Below, one piece after another: positions 1 to 11,479 of a stretch of DNA of 64,000 bases (its first letter is position 1; every line of letters starts with the position of its first letter). The DNA lies in assembly GCF_006345805.1 (NCBI RefSeq), contig NC_043001.1:128588001-128652000 (forward strand). Reading direction: 5' to 3'. The position numbers were made by a program, and so were the translations under genes. The DNA comes from Octopus sinensis (lineage: Eukaryota). The notes under the pieces are model-generated. The model was not told where the DNA came from. It saw only the letters and a list, made by a program, of their open reading frames with translations, and made no database searches.

Positions 1-1640
1 AATTTGCATTTATTTTATTTATCATTATCTATCTATATTTTTTTATGAACATTGGCCATTTTTACACTTATTGTTGTTTCTCTCTTTTTTATATTTTCAT
101 TTTTGACATAGTTTATAAGGGTCTCTTTTATATATATTGTTTTCAATGTTGTCTTGAATTACAGAATTCATGATAATCATCATCAACAGCAGCACCATTA
201 TCATTATATTAACATCCTTTTTATTATCATCATCGTCATTGTTCTCATTATCATTATCATCTGTATCACCAGTTAGTAAACCTTTAGTTTTTTATGCTAC
301 GAAACTGCCTATTTTAAAGTGTTCACTCTCATATTAAACTTTTCATGATACTTTTATATAAGAACATTTTGTTAACATATGTTCCAATCACTGTTGACAT
401 CATCATCATAAGTTGGTTTTTCCGTCTCCTGTCCAGAGCTGTATTGCTCTCTCAACTGCTTTATAGAACCTTACACTCTACTGAGCCAATGCTTGTTTCC
501 AGTTTCTAGTTTATATGGTGTTAAGCAAATGAGGTGTCTATCAACTGTAATATTTCCTCTGGGAGAAACTGATCACAACATTGCAAGTCAATAAAATATT
601 TATAAATGTTTATAATATTACTGCTTCTTAGAGGATGAGGATATACAAGTTCTAATGACACTGAAAGATCACAGAGTAATTCTAGAGCTGTTTCCTATCA
701 TGGCTGCAGGATAGAAAATCCAAATTTTACACATGTGCCAGTGAAAGCTATAGTCCTGTGTCTGTTTTCAACTTAGACATTTGAGAGTTAAGTATCTTAT
801 CCAAGGATACAACACATCACTAGTTGTTTGATACCTTACTGATTTAACCATCTAAACTATCAGTAAAGATATAAAGCACTAGAAATATGTAAATGCCTCC
901 AAACATTTTAAGAATTCATAAAAACAAATTCTTGCCTATGGTTTCATTGAGCAGATATGAGATGAATTTTGACCTAGATTAGACATCACTTTTATCTCAA
1001 ACATTTCTATAAGATCTGGTGTCTATTTCTAACCGCTTGGTGAATAATTAAGCCCTAGAGTGTGAAGCATACTGTAATGAAAAGAATACTATTCGTGAAT
1101 TTGAACTCATGAACTTAGCAAGCTCCCTAACTATATAATTACAAAAAAAGAAAAACTCATGTGGCTGATTTTGTAAACTGAAAAACTTTCCTGCTTAGCT
1201 ACTTTGCTTTTGTATATAATTCAGCATTTGTGGTAGGATTTTCATCTGTAGTCCCTAGGGATAGTTGTGTAGTTAACAAATTTTATGTGTGTGTATGTGT
1301 ACATACATACACGTACACACAACTCGTATAATCTCGTGACTGTTACATAACACAACACATGACTGTTACATTACACAACTCGTGAGTGTTATATTACAAC
1401 ATTCAGAGCAGAACACCAAGTTCACAATACCTTCCACATATTTTTTTTAGAAACATTGAACTGTTTTAAGGATTACATCATGGATACCTAGCCAGAACTA
1501 ACATTTCTTAAAATTGGAATAGAAGTTTGTGCCACTAGTTGGTGGCTAGTTGATAGTATATCCACAAACTAAGTATATTTTACATCTTCTTGTATTAAGA
1601 TTTGGGATAACTGGTTGAAGTTAAAACCATTAATGTTTAA

Positions 1641-1859
1641 CCCTTTAGCATTTAAACTGACCATGTTCAGCCCAAATATCAAACCTATTTTATGTTCAAG
1701 CAAGCCAGATCCAACCTCTCATTCCTACCCTACACTGACATTCTAAAACTACAGCCATATCATCGAAAATCTCACAGCTACAAGATTATGCACATTTAAT
1801 TCAAGACCATGTGGCTAAATAGTCATTACATTAGATAGAGTAATCTGAATGCTAAAGGA
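1641..1859. mobile_element. piggyBac-like MITE (family F)
   Basis: TTAA-ccctttagcatt ... aatgctaaagga-TTAA. Confidence 0.8.
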
Positions 1860-1892
1860 TTAATTAACTATATTTTAATCATCACTACATAT

Positions 1893-2293
1893 AGGCGTAG
1901 GAGTGGCTGTGTGGTAAGTAGCTTGTTTAACAACCACATGGTTCTGGGTTCAGTCTCACTGCGTGGCACCTTGGGCAAGTGTCTTCTACTATAGCCTCGG
2001 GCCGACCAAAGTCTTGTGAGTGGATTTGGTAGACGGAAACTGAGAGAAGCCCGTCGTATATATATATGTGTGTGTGTGTTTGTGTGTCTGTGTTTGTCCC
2101 CCGTGTCCCCCTAGCATTGCTTGACAACCGATGCTAGTGTGTTTATGTCCCCGTTACTTAGCGGTTCGGCAAAAGAGACCGATAGGATAAGTACTGGGCT
2201 TACAAAAGAATAAGTCCCGAGGTTGATTTGCTCGGTTAAAGGCGCTGCTCCAGCATGGCCACAGTCAAATGACTGAAACTAATAAAGGAGTAA
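1893..2293 (+). mobile_element. SINE family B (CORE-like: gcgtggcaccttgggcaagtgtctt; central TA/TG microsatellite; gtaaaaga tail)
   Basis: tRNA-like head, then a segment resembling the MIR CORE motif tgtgaccttgggcaagt. Confidence 0.85.
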
Positions 2294-2519
2294 GCAATGA
2301 TGATTAAAATTTAAGTATGGACAGTTATATCAGTCCACTGAAGCAAGCGAAAGAATTGGTAAGACAACTTCAGAAAAAAGTTGTCTTGGGAGAGAAATTC
2401 TTATGGACAATGTGTTTGAAAAATACATTACTGGGTTATAAAAGATGTCATAAATAGGATGTGGGTCTGTATTGTTATGCTTCATCAACTATGGACACAA
2501 AATCTGTCATTTATAGTCT

Positions 2520-2900
2520 GGAGGCGCAATGGCCCAGTGGTTAGAGCAGCGGACTCACAGTCGTAGGATCGCGGTTTCGATTCCCAGACCGGGCGTTGTG
2601 AGTGTTTATTGAGCGAAAACACCTAAAGGTCCACGAGGCTCCGGCAGGGATGGTGGTGATCCCTGCTGTACTCTTTCACCACAACTTTCTCTCACTCTTA
2701 CTTCCTGTTTCTGTTGTACCTGTATTTCAAAGGGCCGGCCTTGCCACTCTCTGTGTCACGCTGAATATCCCCGAGAACTGCGTTAAGGCTACATGTGTCT
2801 GTGGAGTGCTCAGCCACTTACACGTTAATTTCATGAGCAGGCTGTTCCGTTGATCGGATCAACCGGAACCCTCATCGTCGTAACCGACGGAGTGCTTCCA
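2520..2900 (+). mobile_element. tRNA-derived SINE family A, tail type A1
   Basis: ggaggcgcaatggcccagtggttag...gtttcgattccc head with A/B boxes; ends gacggagtgcttcca. Confidence 0.88.
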
Positions 2901-3012
2901 TCCATTCATAGTCCACTAAGAACTGCTGTTCTTATAGTTAAACAGCAAATAATTAATTTGCTGATGTGTGTAAAGCTTTGTCGTCAAGCTGAAATTAATT
3001 AAGTAGAGGTAC

Positions 3013-3315
3013 GTCGCCTTTTTCAAGCCTAGCCAGGCTCATGGGCCCGGTTTCTTGGTTTCTGTGGCGTATGTGTTCCCCCCAGCTGGACGGGATGCCA
3101 GTCTATCGCAGCGTTACTCAAGAAACAGGAAGAGAGAGTGAGAGAAAGTTGTGGCGAAAGAGTACAACAGGGGTCGCCACCACCCCCTGCCGGTGCCTCA
3201 TGGAGCTTTTAGGTGTTTTCACTCAAGAAACACACACAATGGCCGGTCTGGGAATAGAAACCACGATCCTCCGACCGTGAGTTCGCTGCCCTAACCACTG
3301 GGCCATTGCGCCTCC
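3013..3315 (-). mobile_element. SINE family A, tail type A2
   Basis: Same head and body, different 3' part. TSD aagtagaggtac (3001-12, 3316-27). Confidence 0.88.
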
Positions 3316-3712
3316 AAGTAGAGGTACACTAAGCAGAAATAGTTGTAATATAGGTGGGTTCAATTATATTTAACATGTTTTTATTCACTCAACTGTAAAA
3401 AGACTTCCACTGAAAAAAATCTGTCTAGGGGCAGGTATGAGATATTTTGGCACAGCTTTTTTTGGTGCTGCCTACTTGGCATTGCCAATTCAATGCTGAC
3501 TTATTTGACATCAGATAGTATAGTGTTTCTCTCATTCTCTCCCTCCTCCCCTTCATCTCTCTCACTGTTTTTGTGTGTGTGCATACTTCTCTTTATGTGT
3601 GTGAGGAGGCAGAAAGTGTTTTTGTCAATCATGTTTAATTAATAAATTGTAATTGCTCCCTCCCTCCCCCCTCTCTCTTCCTCTCTTATTCTTTCTGTCT
3701 GTATGTATATAT

Positions 3713-3905
3713 TTCTTGTTTCTTTATTGCCCTCAAGGGGCTAAACATAGAGGGGACAAACAAGAACAGACAAAGGGATTAAGTCGATTACATTGACCCC
3801 AGTGCGTAACTGGTACTTTATTTATCGACCCCGAAAGTTTGAAAGGCAAAGTCGACCTCGGCGTAATTTGAACTCAGAACGTAATGTTTCTGCCAGCTTG
3901 CCACC
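3713..3905 (-). mobile_element. SINE family C, internally deleted
   Basis: Core gaggtcgactttgcctttc...ggggtcgataaa.aagtaccag; tail aagaaatagg. Confidence 0.8.
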
Positions 3906-4096
3906 TTATATATGTATATATTTCTGGGAGTGCATGCATATATGTGTATTTGCTTCCAGTGCCAAAAAATATTTTTGCTAAAACAGGCTGAATGTCCAGT
4001 CAGCCAGGCTAAGTTATCAGTGTCCAAACACTTGTGCCCAGTTGTCTCATTATGTGCTTCAAGACCTTATTAAAAGGTTAGCAGATGTTCTGGACC

Positions 4097-4134
4097 ATCG
4101 CTTCTCGGCCTTTTGGCTAAGATCAAAGTGTAGT
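4097..4134 (+). ncRNA. U2: U2 snRNA 5' segment (nt 1-38) of a disrupted U2 gene/pseudogene
   Basis: atcgcttctcggccttttggctaagatcaaagtgtagt is the canonical U2 5' end up to the branch-point recognition sequence (GUAGU). Confidence 0.95.
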
Positions 4135-4486
4135 GACGCCGTGGTGATCTCATTCTTGCTCACAACATCATAAGCGGAAAGTGTAACCTCTCGAAAGAGC
4201 TGTTCTTCACTCCTGCTCCAGAGCGTCGGCTGCGGGGTCATTCCGCAAAGCTCTATCTGCAACGATTTCATCTCAATCGAAGGAGAGGGGCTTTCTCCGT
4301 CCGGGTTGCGGATCCATGAAATAAGCTGCCGGATGAGATAGTGATGCCGACGACTGCTCGGTTCAAAGTCTCCCTTGACCAGAAATGGCCTGAACTCTTT
4401 ACATGAACACCACCCTGTACATAACTCCATGTCCCCCTACATGGCCTTGCTGTTTGCTTTTTGAGCCAAAAAATTAACCAACTAAC
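4135..4486 (+). mobile_element. CR1-clade LINE 3' fragment, (TAAC)n-tail family, inserted in U2
   Basis: Translates RRGDLILAHNIISGKCNLSKELFF...RLRGHSAKL...FSVRVADP*NKLP...FKVSLDQKWPELFT*, a CR1 ORF2 C-terminus. Tail ttaaccaactaac. Confidence 0.88.
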
Positions 4487-4615
4487 TGATACGGCTCCTA
4501 CCTGGGGCCATCGATATTAAACTGATTTTTAGAACAAGGTGAAGTGTTAGAGGTCTGCTCCGCCTTTGCCACGGGTTGGCCTGGTATTGCAGTGCTTCCA
4601 GGATTCAGCCCATCT
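4486..4615 (+). pseudogene. U2: U2 snRNA 3' segment (about nt 62 to the end) of the same disrupted U2 copy
   Basis: ctgatacgg...atattaaactgatttttagaac (Sm site) ...gggttggcctggtattgcagtgcttccagg (stem-loop IV with ATTGCAGT loop), closely resembling invertebrate U2. An A-run follows at about 4632-4644. Confidence 0.9.
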
Positions 4616-5226
4616 CCCACCCGGGAGATACAAAAAAAAAAAAGGTATTTTAACCCTTAGCAAAATAAAAATTTAACCTTTTAGCTTTTAATCCATAAAG
4701 CACTGGGATTTGCAATTACATAACACGGACTGCTAAGCACATTTTATGAAAATGAGACTACCATAAAAGACAAAAAAACAAAAAATAGTTAAAATATCTT
4801 CTTAGTATATAATGGTGGCAAGTTTTATATCATCTGAAGAGTCATTAGTTGAACTATTAGTCCTTTTGCATTCTGGTGGGTATCGGAGCATTTGAGTGAC
4901 ATTAGATCCCAACAAACACCCATAAATTAAATGCATTTATCTGGGCCACGATCGTGGCCTGTCAACCTGTGCCTGACTGCTATGATCGTGGCCTGTTGTG
5001 CTTTATGTGTTAATCCAACCATATCCAGCCTAAATATTTTACTTGTTTTATGTTCAACCTGGCCAGATTTGGCTTCTTACTCCTACTCCAGATTGTCATT
5101 TTAAAAATAAATAATCATGTTATCGAAATCTCAAAGCTACAAGATAATACGTAATTAATTGAAAACAATGTGAATAAATAAGCATTACATATGACAGAGT
5201 CATCCAAATACTAAAAAGGCTAAAAA

Positions 5227-5594
5227 AACCACATGGTTCCGGGTTCAGTCCCACTGCGTGGCACCTTGGGCAAGTGTCTTCTACTATAGCCTCGGGCCGA
5301 CCAAAGCCTTGTGAGTGGATTTGGTAGACGGAAACTGAAAGAAGCCCGTCGTATATATGTATATATATATATATGCGTGTGTGTGTTTGTGTGTCTGTGT
5401 TTGTCCCCCTAGCATTGCTTGACAACCGATGCTGGTGTGTTTATGTCCCCATTACTTAGCGGTTCGGCAAAAGAGACCGATAGAATAAGTACTGGGCTTA
5501 CAAAAAGAATAAGTCCCGGGGTCGAGTTGCTCGACTAAAGGCGGTGCTCCAGCATGGCCGCAGTCAAATGACTGAAACATGTAAAAGAGTAAAA
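5227..5594 (+). mobile_element. SINE family B, 5' truncated
   Basis: Homologous to 1893-2293. Confidence 0.85.
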
Positions 5595-6063
5595 TATATA
5601 GTGAATCAGTGTTTGTTATATGAAGAAAATGAGATTTCTATGATGGTTTGTTAGAAATTGTTAGCTTTATCATAGATACAAACTGTAATTTGTGTTGTTA
5701 ATAAATTAGAGGGTTGTAGTGTTGTGGTTTTGTTTCATTGAACTCCAGAGTGCTAATCATATTTTTCTTAACTTGGCTCAGAGTTCATAATGATAGACTG
5801 TTGCTGATCATATGATCATGAATTCATATCTCACTGTTTTTCCTGAATATAATAAATGTGTCAATTTTAATTAGCTAGAATAATACAGGTATAATTAAAT
5901 GCATTCATCTTAGTATTTGCATTTTTTTTTTTCTGTTGAGTGTTTGGTTTTAGGAATGGAATCTAGTTGTATTATGGTTGATAAATGATCAAACGATATT
6001 TGTAGAGAAATCGGAGTTTGTAAAAATTATCCAACCCATTTTTGTAAAGAAAATAGTACAAGT

Positions 6064-6481
6064 AGGCGCAGGAGTGGCTGTGTGGTAAGTAGCTTGTTTA
6101 CCAACCACATGGTTCCGGGTTCAGTCCTGCTGCGTGGCACCTTGGGCAAGTGTCTTCTACTATAGCCTCGGGCCAACCAAAGCCTTGTGAGTGGATTTGG
6201 TATACGGAAACTGAAAGAAGCCTGTCGTATATATGTATGTATATATATATATATATATGTATATATGCGTGTGTGTGTTTGTGTGAGTGTGTTTGTCCCC
6301 CTAGCATTGCTTGACAACCGATGCTGGTGTGTTTATGGCCCCGTTACTTAGCGGTTTGGCGAAAGAGACCAATAGAATAAGTACTGGGCTTACAAAAAGA
6401 ATAAGTCCCGGAGTCGAGTTGCTCAATTAAAGGCGGTGCTCCAGCATGGCCGCAGTCAAATGACTGAAACAAGTAAAAGAG
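6064..6481 (+). mobile_element. SINE family B
   Basis: Homologous to 1893-2293. Confidence 0.87.
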
Positions 6482-7599
6482 TTGTTGTTTAACCCTAGGT
6501 CAACTCTGACTGAACAAAATTATGATCAAAGACATTCTTTAAGCCATGACCATCCCATCTTTTATTAATCAAGCATCTTGGACCACATCATCCAATGTAT
6601 CCTTCCCTTTTTAAAACAGAAGGTGATTTGATTGAGATATGGTTACCATTTCTAGCTGGTTGAGTGACCTCATACAGACTCTGTCATTGACATCTATATT
6701 GAATTGTTAGATCAAGTAATTACATAGTCACTCTTTAGTTGATTTAGTAATAAAATTGATGTTGGTAGTGAGGTATTTTTCAAAAACTGTTTTTATATGT
6801 GGTCTACCAGATAAAATTTGGATACATATTCTACCTTTCAATGACAGTCCCTTGAAAATTATTATGTTTGTATTGACTAATTACTGTAAGTTTTTGTTGG
6901 GGACTAGGCTATATTTTCTGTAATTATTTCAGTGCAGCTTTGTCTAGACTGATGTTAATTATTTGGTGACTTGATGTAACTTCTATCAATAATCATGATG
7001 ATGATGATGATGATGATGATGATACTGTTTTATGCAACATTTCTCTAAATTAAAATTTGAAAAAAAAAAGAAGAAAAAAGAAAATACAAAATGTAGAAGT
7101 CATAAATTAATCTCATTTAATTATTTGTGTAAATTAGTTTGAATTGCGGATCTTTTAATTTCTTTTAATTACAACAGTAATTTTAACGATAATTTCTTTA
7201 ATTGTTATAAAGTAACAAATATTTAAACTCATCCTAAAATACAATACAAACACATATTACACATGTCTAGGTATGTACCACACACTACGCACACACACAC
7301 ACACACACAGAGGCAGGCATGTACTGAAGTCTGACTAGGTTTCTTTCTTTTTGGGCTGTCTGAGCTCACTATCAGTTCATCACAGGACATCATAAGTCTT
7401 CTTTTGCTAAATGTACTATCTGTTTCAGACTAGCAATACTTGTGCATTTATTATACATCATGGTGTGGATAGAACAAAAAAAAAACACAGCAAAACCACC
7501 CTAACCATTTGACTATGCATTCTTTACACAATCAAGCATATATTGTCAAATAAATGACTGTGAATAAAAGGGAAGAATAGAGCTCAAGGAGCATCTATA

Positions 7600-8030
7600 G
7601 AACTCACCCTTAAAACATGCTTGTGTGATGCTAAACATTAGTAAATTAATGCAAAAGCTAGCCTATCAATATTGCCGAGACATTGTTCCTTAGATGAATG
7701 CTGAAGGTGTCCTATGCAGATAAAATGACAAATATTGAAATCCTTAGATAAGCAAAGATCAATGGGAAGCTTCTTAACAGTATAAAGAATAACCTAAGTT
7801 CATTGGAACACCATAGGAAAAGAAAAAGCCTTGAGCACTTGGTGACAACTTGAAAACTGAAAGGAAAAGCAAGGCAGGGAAACAAAGAGAAGATACTTGA
7901 TGGGTTTACTAGAATAGCTTCTGAAAGACCAGGACAACAGCAATCTTATATCGTATGAGACAGGAGAGCATGCTGGTTTGTGGGACCTAGATTCTTATCA
8001 GTGGGAATTGTATGTTGCTGATGTCACAAG
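7600..8030 (+). mobile_element. Degenerate LINE ORF2 C-terminal remnant (RTE/L2-like)
   Basis: Decayed ...KALEHLVTT.KLKGKARQGKQREKILDG... resembles the GLEHLVTTGKIEGKRSRGRQR-type motif. Confidence 0.5.
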
Positions 8031-8165
8031 AATTTATAAACTTTTGAGAGAATGTGAAATAATTCTGTTTTTTTAGAATTGGATCTGGAAGCACATAAAA
8101 GTTATAAATAATAATCCTGATGCTTCAGCTTCTAATTTAAAACCCTACATTAACTTGAATCAACA

Positions 8166-8537
8166 AGGCACAGGTGTGATTGTATAATAAGTTTGCTTCT
8201 CAACCACATGGTTCTAAGTTCAATCCCACTGCATGGCACCTTGGGCAAGTATCTTCTACAATAGCCTTGGGTCAACCAAATCCTTGTCACTAACGTTAGC
8301 ACGCCGGACGAAATGCTTAGCCGTATTTCGTCTGCCGTTACGTTCTGAGTTCAAATTCCGCCGAGGTCGACTTTGCCGTTCATCCTTCCAGGGTCGATAA
8401 ATTAAGTACCAGTTACGCACTGGGGTCAATGTAATCGACTTGATCCGTTTGTCTGTCCTTGTTTTCCCCCTCTGTGTGTAGCCCCTTGTGGGTAAGTAAA
8501 GAAATAAGTAGATGGAAACCAAAGGAAGCCTGTCATC

Positions 8538-8568
<31 letters not shown>

Positions 8569-8744
8569 TTGTCCCCCAATGTTGGTTTGTTTACATCTCC
8601 AGAAAATAGTATTCAACAAAAGATCCAGTAGAATAAGTACTTGGCTTATAAAAAAAATCAAATACTGGGGTTGATTTGTTTGATTAAACCCTTTAAAATG
8701 GTACCCCAGCATGGCTGCAGTCCAGTGACTTAAACAAGTAAAAA
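8166..8744 (+). mobile_element. Decayed SINE B split by a SINE C copy (about 8291-8497)
   Basis: B head, C body, then B 3' half. Confidence 0.75.
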
Positions 8745-8761
8745 GGTATATCACATATCCA

Positions 8762-9126
8762 CTGACTCCTCCTCCTACCTTTATAACCTAGTGTCTATTG
8801 ACTCTCCTCCTACCCCTCTAGCCTGGTGTCTATTGACTCTCCTACCCCTATAACCTAGTATCTATTGACTCTCCTCCTACCCCCTATAACCTGGTGTCTA
8901 TTGACTCTCCTATCCCTATAATCTGGTGTCTATTGGCTCTCCTCCTACCCCCTATAACCTAGTATCTATTGACTCTCCTCCTACCCCCTATAACCTGGTG
9001 TCTATTGACTCTCCTACCCTTATAACCTAGTATTTATTGACTCCTCTACACCTATAACCGAGTGTCTATTGTTTCTGCTTCTACCCTTATAACCTAGTGT
9101 CTGCTGACTCTCCTCTACCCCTATAA
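8762..9126. repeat. Minisatellite, about 11 units of 32-36 bp (cctagtgtctattgactctcctcctacccctataa)
   Basis: Direct inspection. Confidence 0.92.
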
Positions 9127-9215
9127 ATGTAGTGTTTACTATATCATTTACCTCACCGGCTGAAAACCCTTTGATCTAGTTTTGTCTTATGCTTGTACCT
9201 TTTCATTATTTCCAG

Positions 9216-9280
9216 AAAGCTGATACCATAAACCTGGTTTCTCTCAGTCCATTCGATAACAATGTGGGTTTTGCCAACAG
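9216..9280 (+). CDS. HPS5: HPS5 exon (KADTINLVSLSPFDNNVGFAN-S), phase 0 to 2
   Basis: tttcattatttccag acceptor, AG/gtaagt donor, 65 nt. Joins the next exon as ...GFANS-MGQVFV, comparable to human ...VAVATSQGLVVV. Confidence 0.8.
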
Positions 9281-9716
9281 GTAAGTACTGGAATTACCAA
9301 ACTAATTGTCTCTTTAGTTTTAGTTTATCTTTAATTTAGATTTTCTTAATAAAAAGTAAAATGACACCAACCGAATATTGAAACTAATTATCTCACAGGC
9401 TTGGTTTGTTGTAAGATTAACTGTACTTAGTCATTGAGAGAAAGAGAGGAAGAAAGCAAAGATGTTCCCTCCCTCCAACACATATACTGTAAAACTGTAA
9501 GTGTTTGTGTCACCCGAACAAAGTCTAATGATCAAGTGTATAGCTCTGAAGTCATGACATTAATTACGAGGTCTGATCAATAAGTATCCGGACTGTTGCC
9601 ATAATAATGCATGCATTTACATATAGATGTGCATATATATACAAGTATGCATGTATATATATATATATATATATATATAGCCGTGAAGTGAGTTTGTGGG
9701 TTGCAGGACAGCAACC

Positions 9717-10107
9717 TGAGGAGACCTATTGAGTCAAGTACATCAACATCAAAATAAATATCAAATGGAAATTGTAGTTGTGATACCTGCACGTAAAAAG
9801 CACCATCCGAATGTGGTCGATGCCAGCGCTGCTTTGACTGGCGGCAGTGTCAGTGACATGTAAAAAGCACCAACCGATCATGGCCGTTTGCCAGCCTCCT
9901 CTGGCCCCTGTGCTGGTGGCACATAAAAAGCACCCACTACACTCACAGAGTGGTTGGTGTTAAGAAGGGCATCCAGCTGTAGAAACACTGCCAGATCAGA
10001 CTGGAGCCTGGCTCAGCCTCCTGGCTTCCCAGACCCCAGTCAAACTGTCCAACCCATGCTAGCATGGAAAACGGATGTTAAACAATGATGATGATGATAA
10101 TGATATA
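9717..10107 (+). mobile_element. Family D repeat (RTE-3'UTR-like, internal minisatellite, (GAT)n tail)
   Basis: ...gcaccatccga... units, tggttggcgttaggaagggcatccagctgtagaaac core, ggacgttaaacgatgatg tail. Confidence 0.85.
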
Positions 10108-10122
10108 TATAATCTCATCATC

Positions 10123-10510
10123 ATCATCACCATCATTTAATACCCATTGTCCATGCTGGCGTGGGTTGGAGAGTTGCACCAGGCTCCAGTCTGATGGTTT
10201 CCATGTCTGGATGCCCTTCCTAATGCCAACCACTTTACAGAGTGCACTGGGTACTTTTACGGGCACTCTTACATGGCACTGCACAGGTGCTTTTACATGG
10301 CACCACACAGGCACTTTTATGTGGAGCCAGAGGGACCAGTCTTAACACTTCTGCTGGGGATTATGGGTCTTCTTGAGTACAGCAAGGTGCCAGGCATCTT
10401 GGTCCTTTGTCATCTCACGTGAAAGGTTTAGTATTCTGAGGTCATTCTTCAGTACTTCGTCCCATGTCTTTCTGGGTCAACCACTTCCCCGTGTTCCATT
10501 TACTTTGAGG
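10123..10510 (-). mobile_element. RTE ORF2 end running directly into a family D-like 3'UTR
   Basis: Reverse complement: KVNGTRGSG*PRKTWDEVLKNDLRILNLSREMTKDQDAWHLAVLKKT, then D-like units, core and tail. Confidence 0.75.
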
Positions 10511-10540
10511 GATCAATACTTCTTTATGTATATGTATGTG

Positions 10541-10853
10541 TGGAGGTGCAATGGCCCAGTGGTTAGGGCAGCGGACTCGCGATCGTAGGATTGCGGTTTC
10601 GATTCCCAGATCGAGCGTTGTTAGTGTTTATTGAGCGAAAACACCTAAAGCTCCACGAGGCTCCGGCAGGGGATGGTGGCGATCCCTGCTGTACTCTTTC
10701 GCTACAACTTTCTCTCACTCTTTCTTCTGTTGGCCTGCTCGCTTAGCCAGTGGGGTGGCGTCATTTGAAGGCTAAAACAATGCAAAGCGCATTGTGACCA
10801 GCGATGTGTAGCAACATATGATAGCCTGGTCAATCACGGTGATCACGGTGATA
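10541..10853 (+). mobile_element. SINE family A, tail type A3
   Basis: Same head; tail ...gatagcctggtcaatcacggtgatcacggtgat. Confidence 0.85.
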
Positions 10854-11430
10854 TATGTATGTATATATGAAATTAAATAAATGACAAAGGAAAAAGAAAT
10901 TATGCAATGAACTCCATTTGTTTACTGCTGTTTCTGCTATAAAATGCAGTGCTGAGTGCTTGTGCATCACCTTATATTCTTCAGAGTAGAAACAGATGTA
11001 AGCTATTGAAGTTCATTGCATAATTTCCTGTTCCCTTTTCTCTATTAAGCTCTATACTCAACTAACACTTTATTGTGAAGCATATTTGTATTGAGTTCTA
11101 ACACCAGGTTACTATTACTGCAATGCCTTATGAAATATTAATATATATGATGGAATCACCTGTTGAAGGTGAATTATGACTATTCAGCTTTTGCTGAATA
11201 CCTGTACAAATGCTTTGTTTATGGTGATCAAATATATGTGCTGTACATTGGCTCACTCCCTCCTTCAAATAAGTTTTTATGTAATCACAGAGCAGCATGA
11301 AATGAAATGTTTCACTTGAGAATGCAATGCACAACCCAGTTCAGAAATTGAAACCATAATCTTGTAATAGTATGTGCAATACTCTAACCACTAGACCAGG
11401 CACCCTCGCTATAATATGTGTGCGTGTGTG

Positions 11431-11472
<42 letters not shown>

Positions 11473-11479
<7 letters not shown>

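Noticed and set aside
2520-2600. tRNA genes at SINE A/B/C heads
   Set aside because: A/B boxes are present, but the heads continue into multi-copy SINE bodies with tails and TSDs and lack a complete cloverleaf.
4097-4615. Functional U2 snRNA gene
   Set aside because: Interrupted by a 350-bp LINE fragment and missing about 22-23 nt, including the end of the branch-point recognition region and half of stem IIa.
4944-4959. Perfect 16-bp palindrome ggccacgatcgtggcc
   Set aside because: Short and isolated; one arm recurs nearby, which suggests a local micro-duplication with no supportable function.
1927-6317. Recurrent short ORFs (MSSNARGT..., MVVIPAVLFHH...)
   Set aside because: Chance frames within SINE B and SINE A copies.
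1-9215. First coding exon(s) of HPS5
   Set aside because: I found no splice-bounded segment resembling the HPS5 N-terminus by eye; it is probably upstream of the window.
9567-9606. Mariner-like TIR (tacgaggtctgatcaataagtatccggact)
   Set aside because: Only one end seen, with no partner TIR or transposase nearby.
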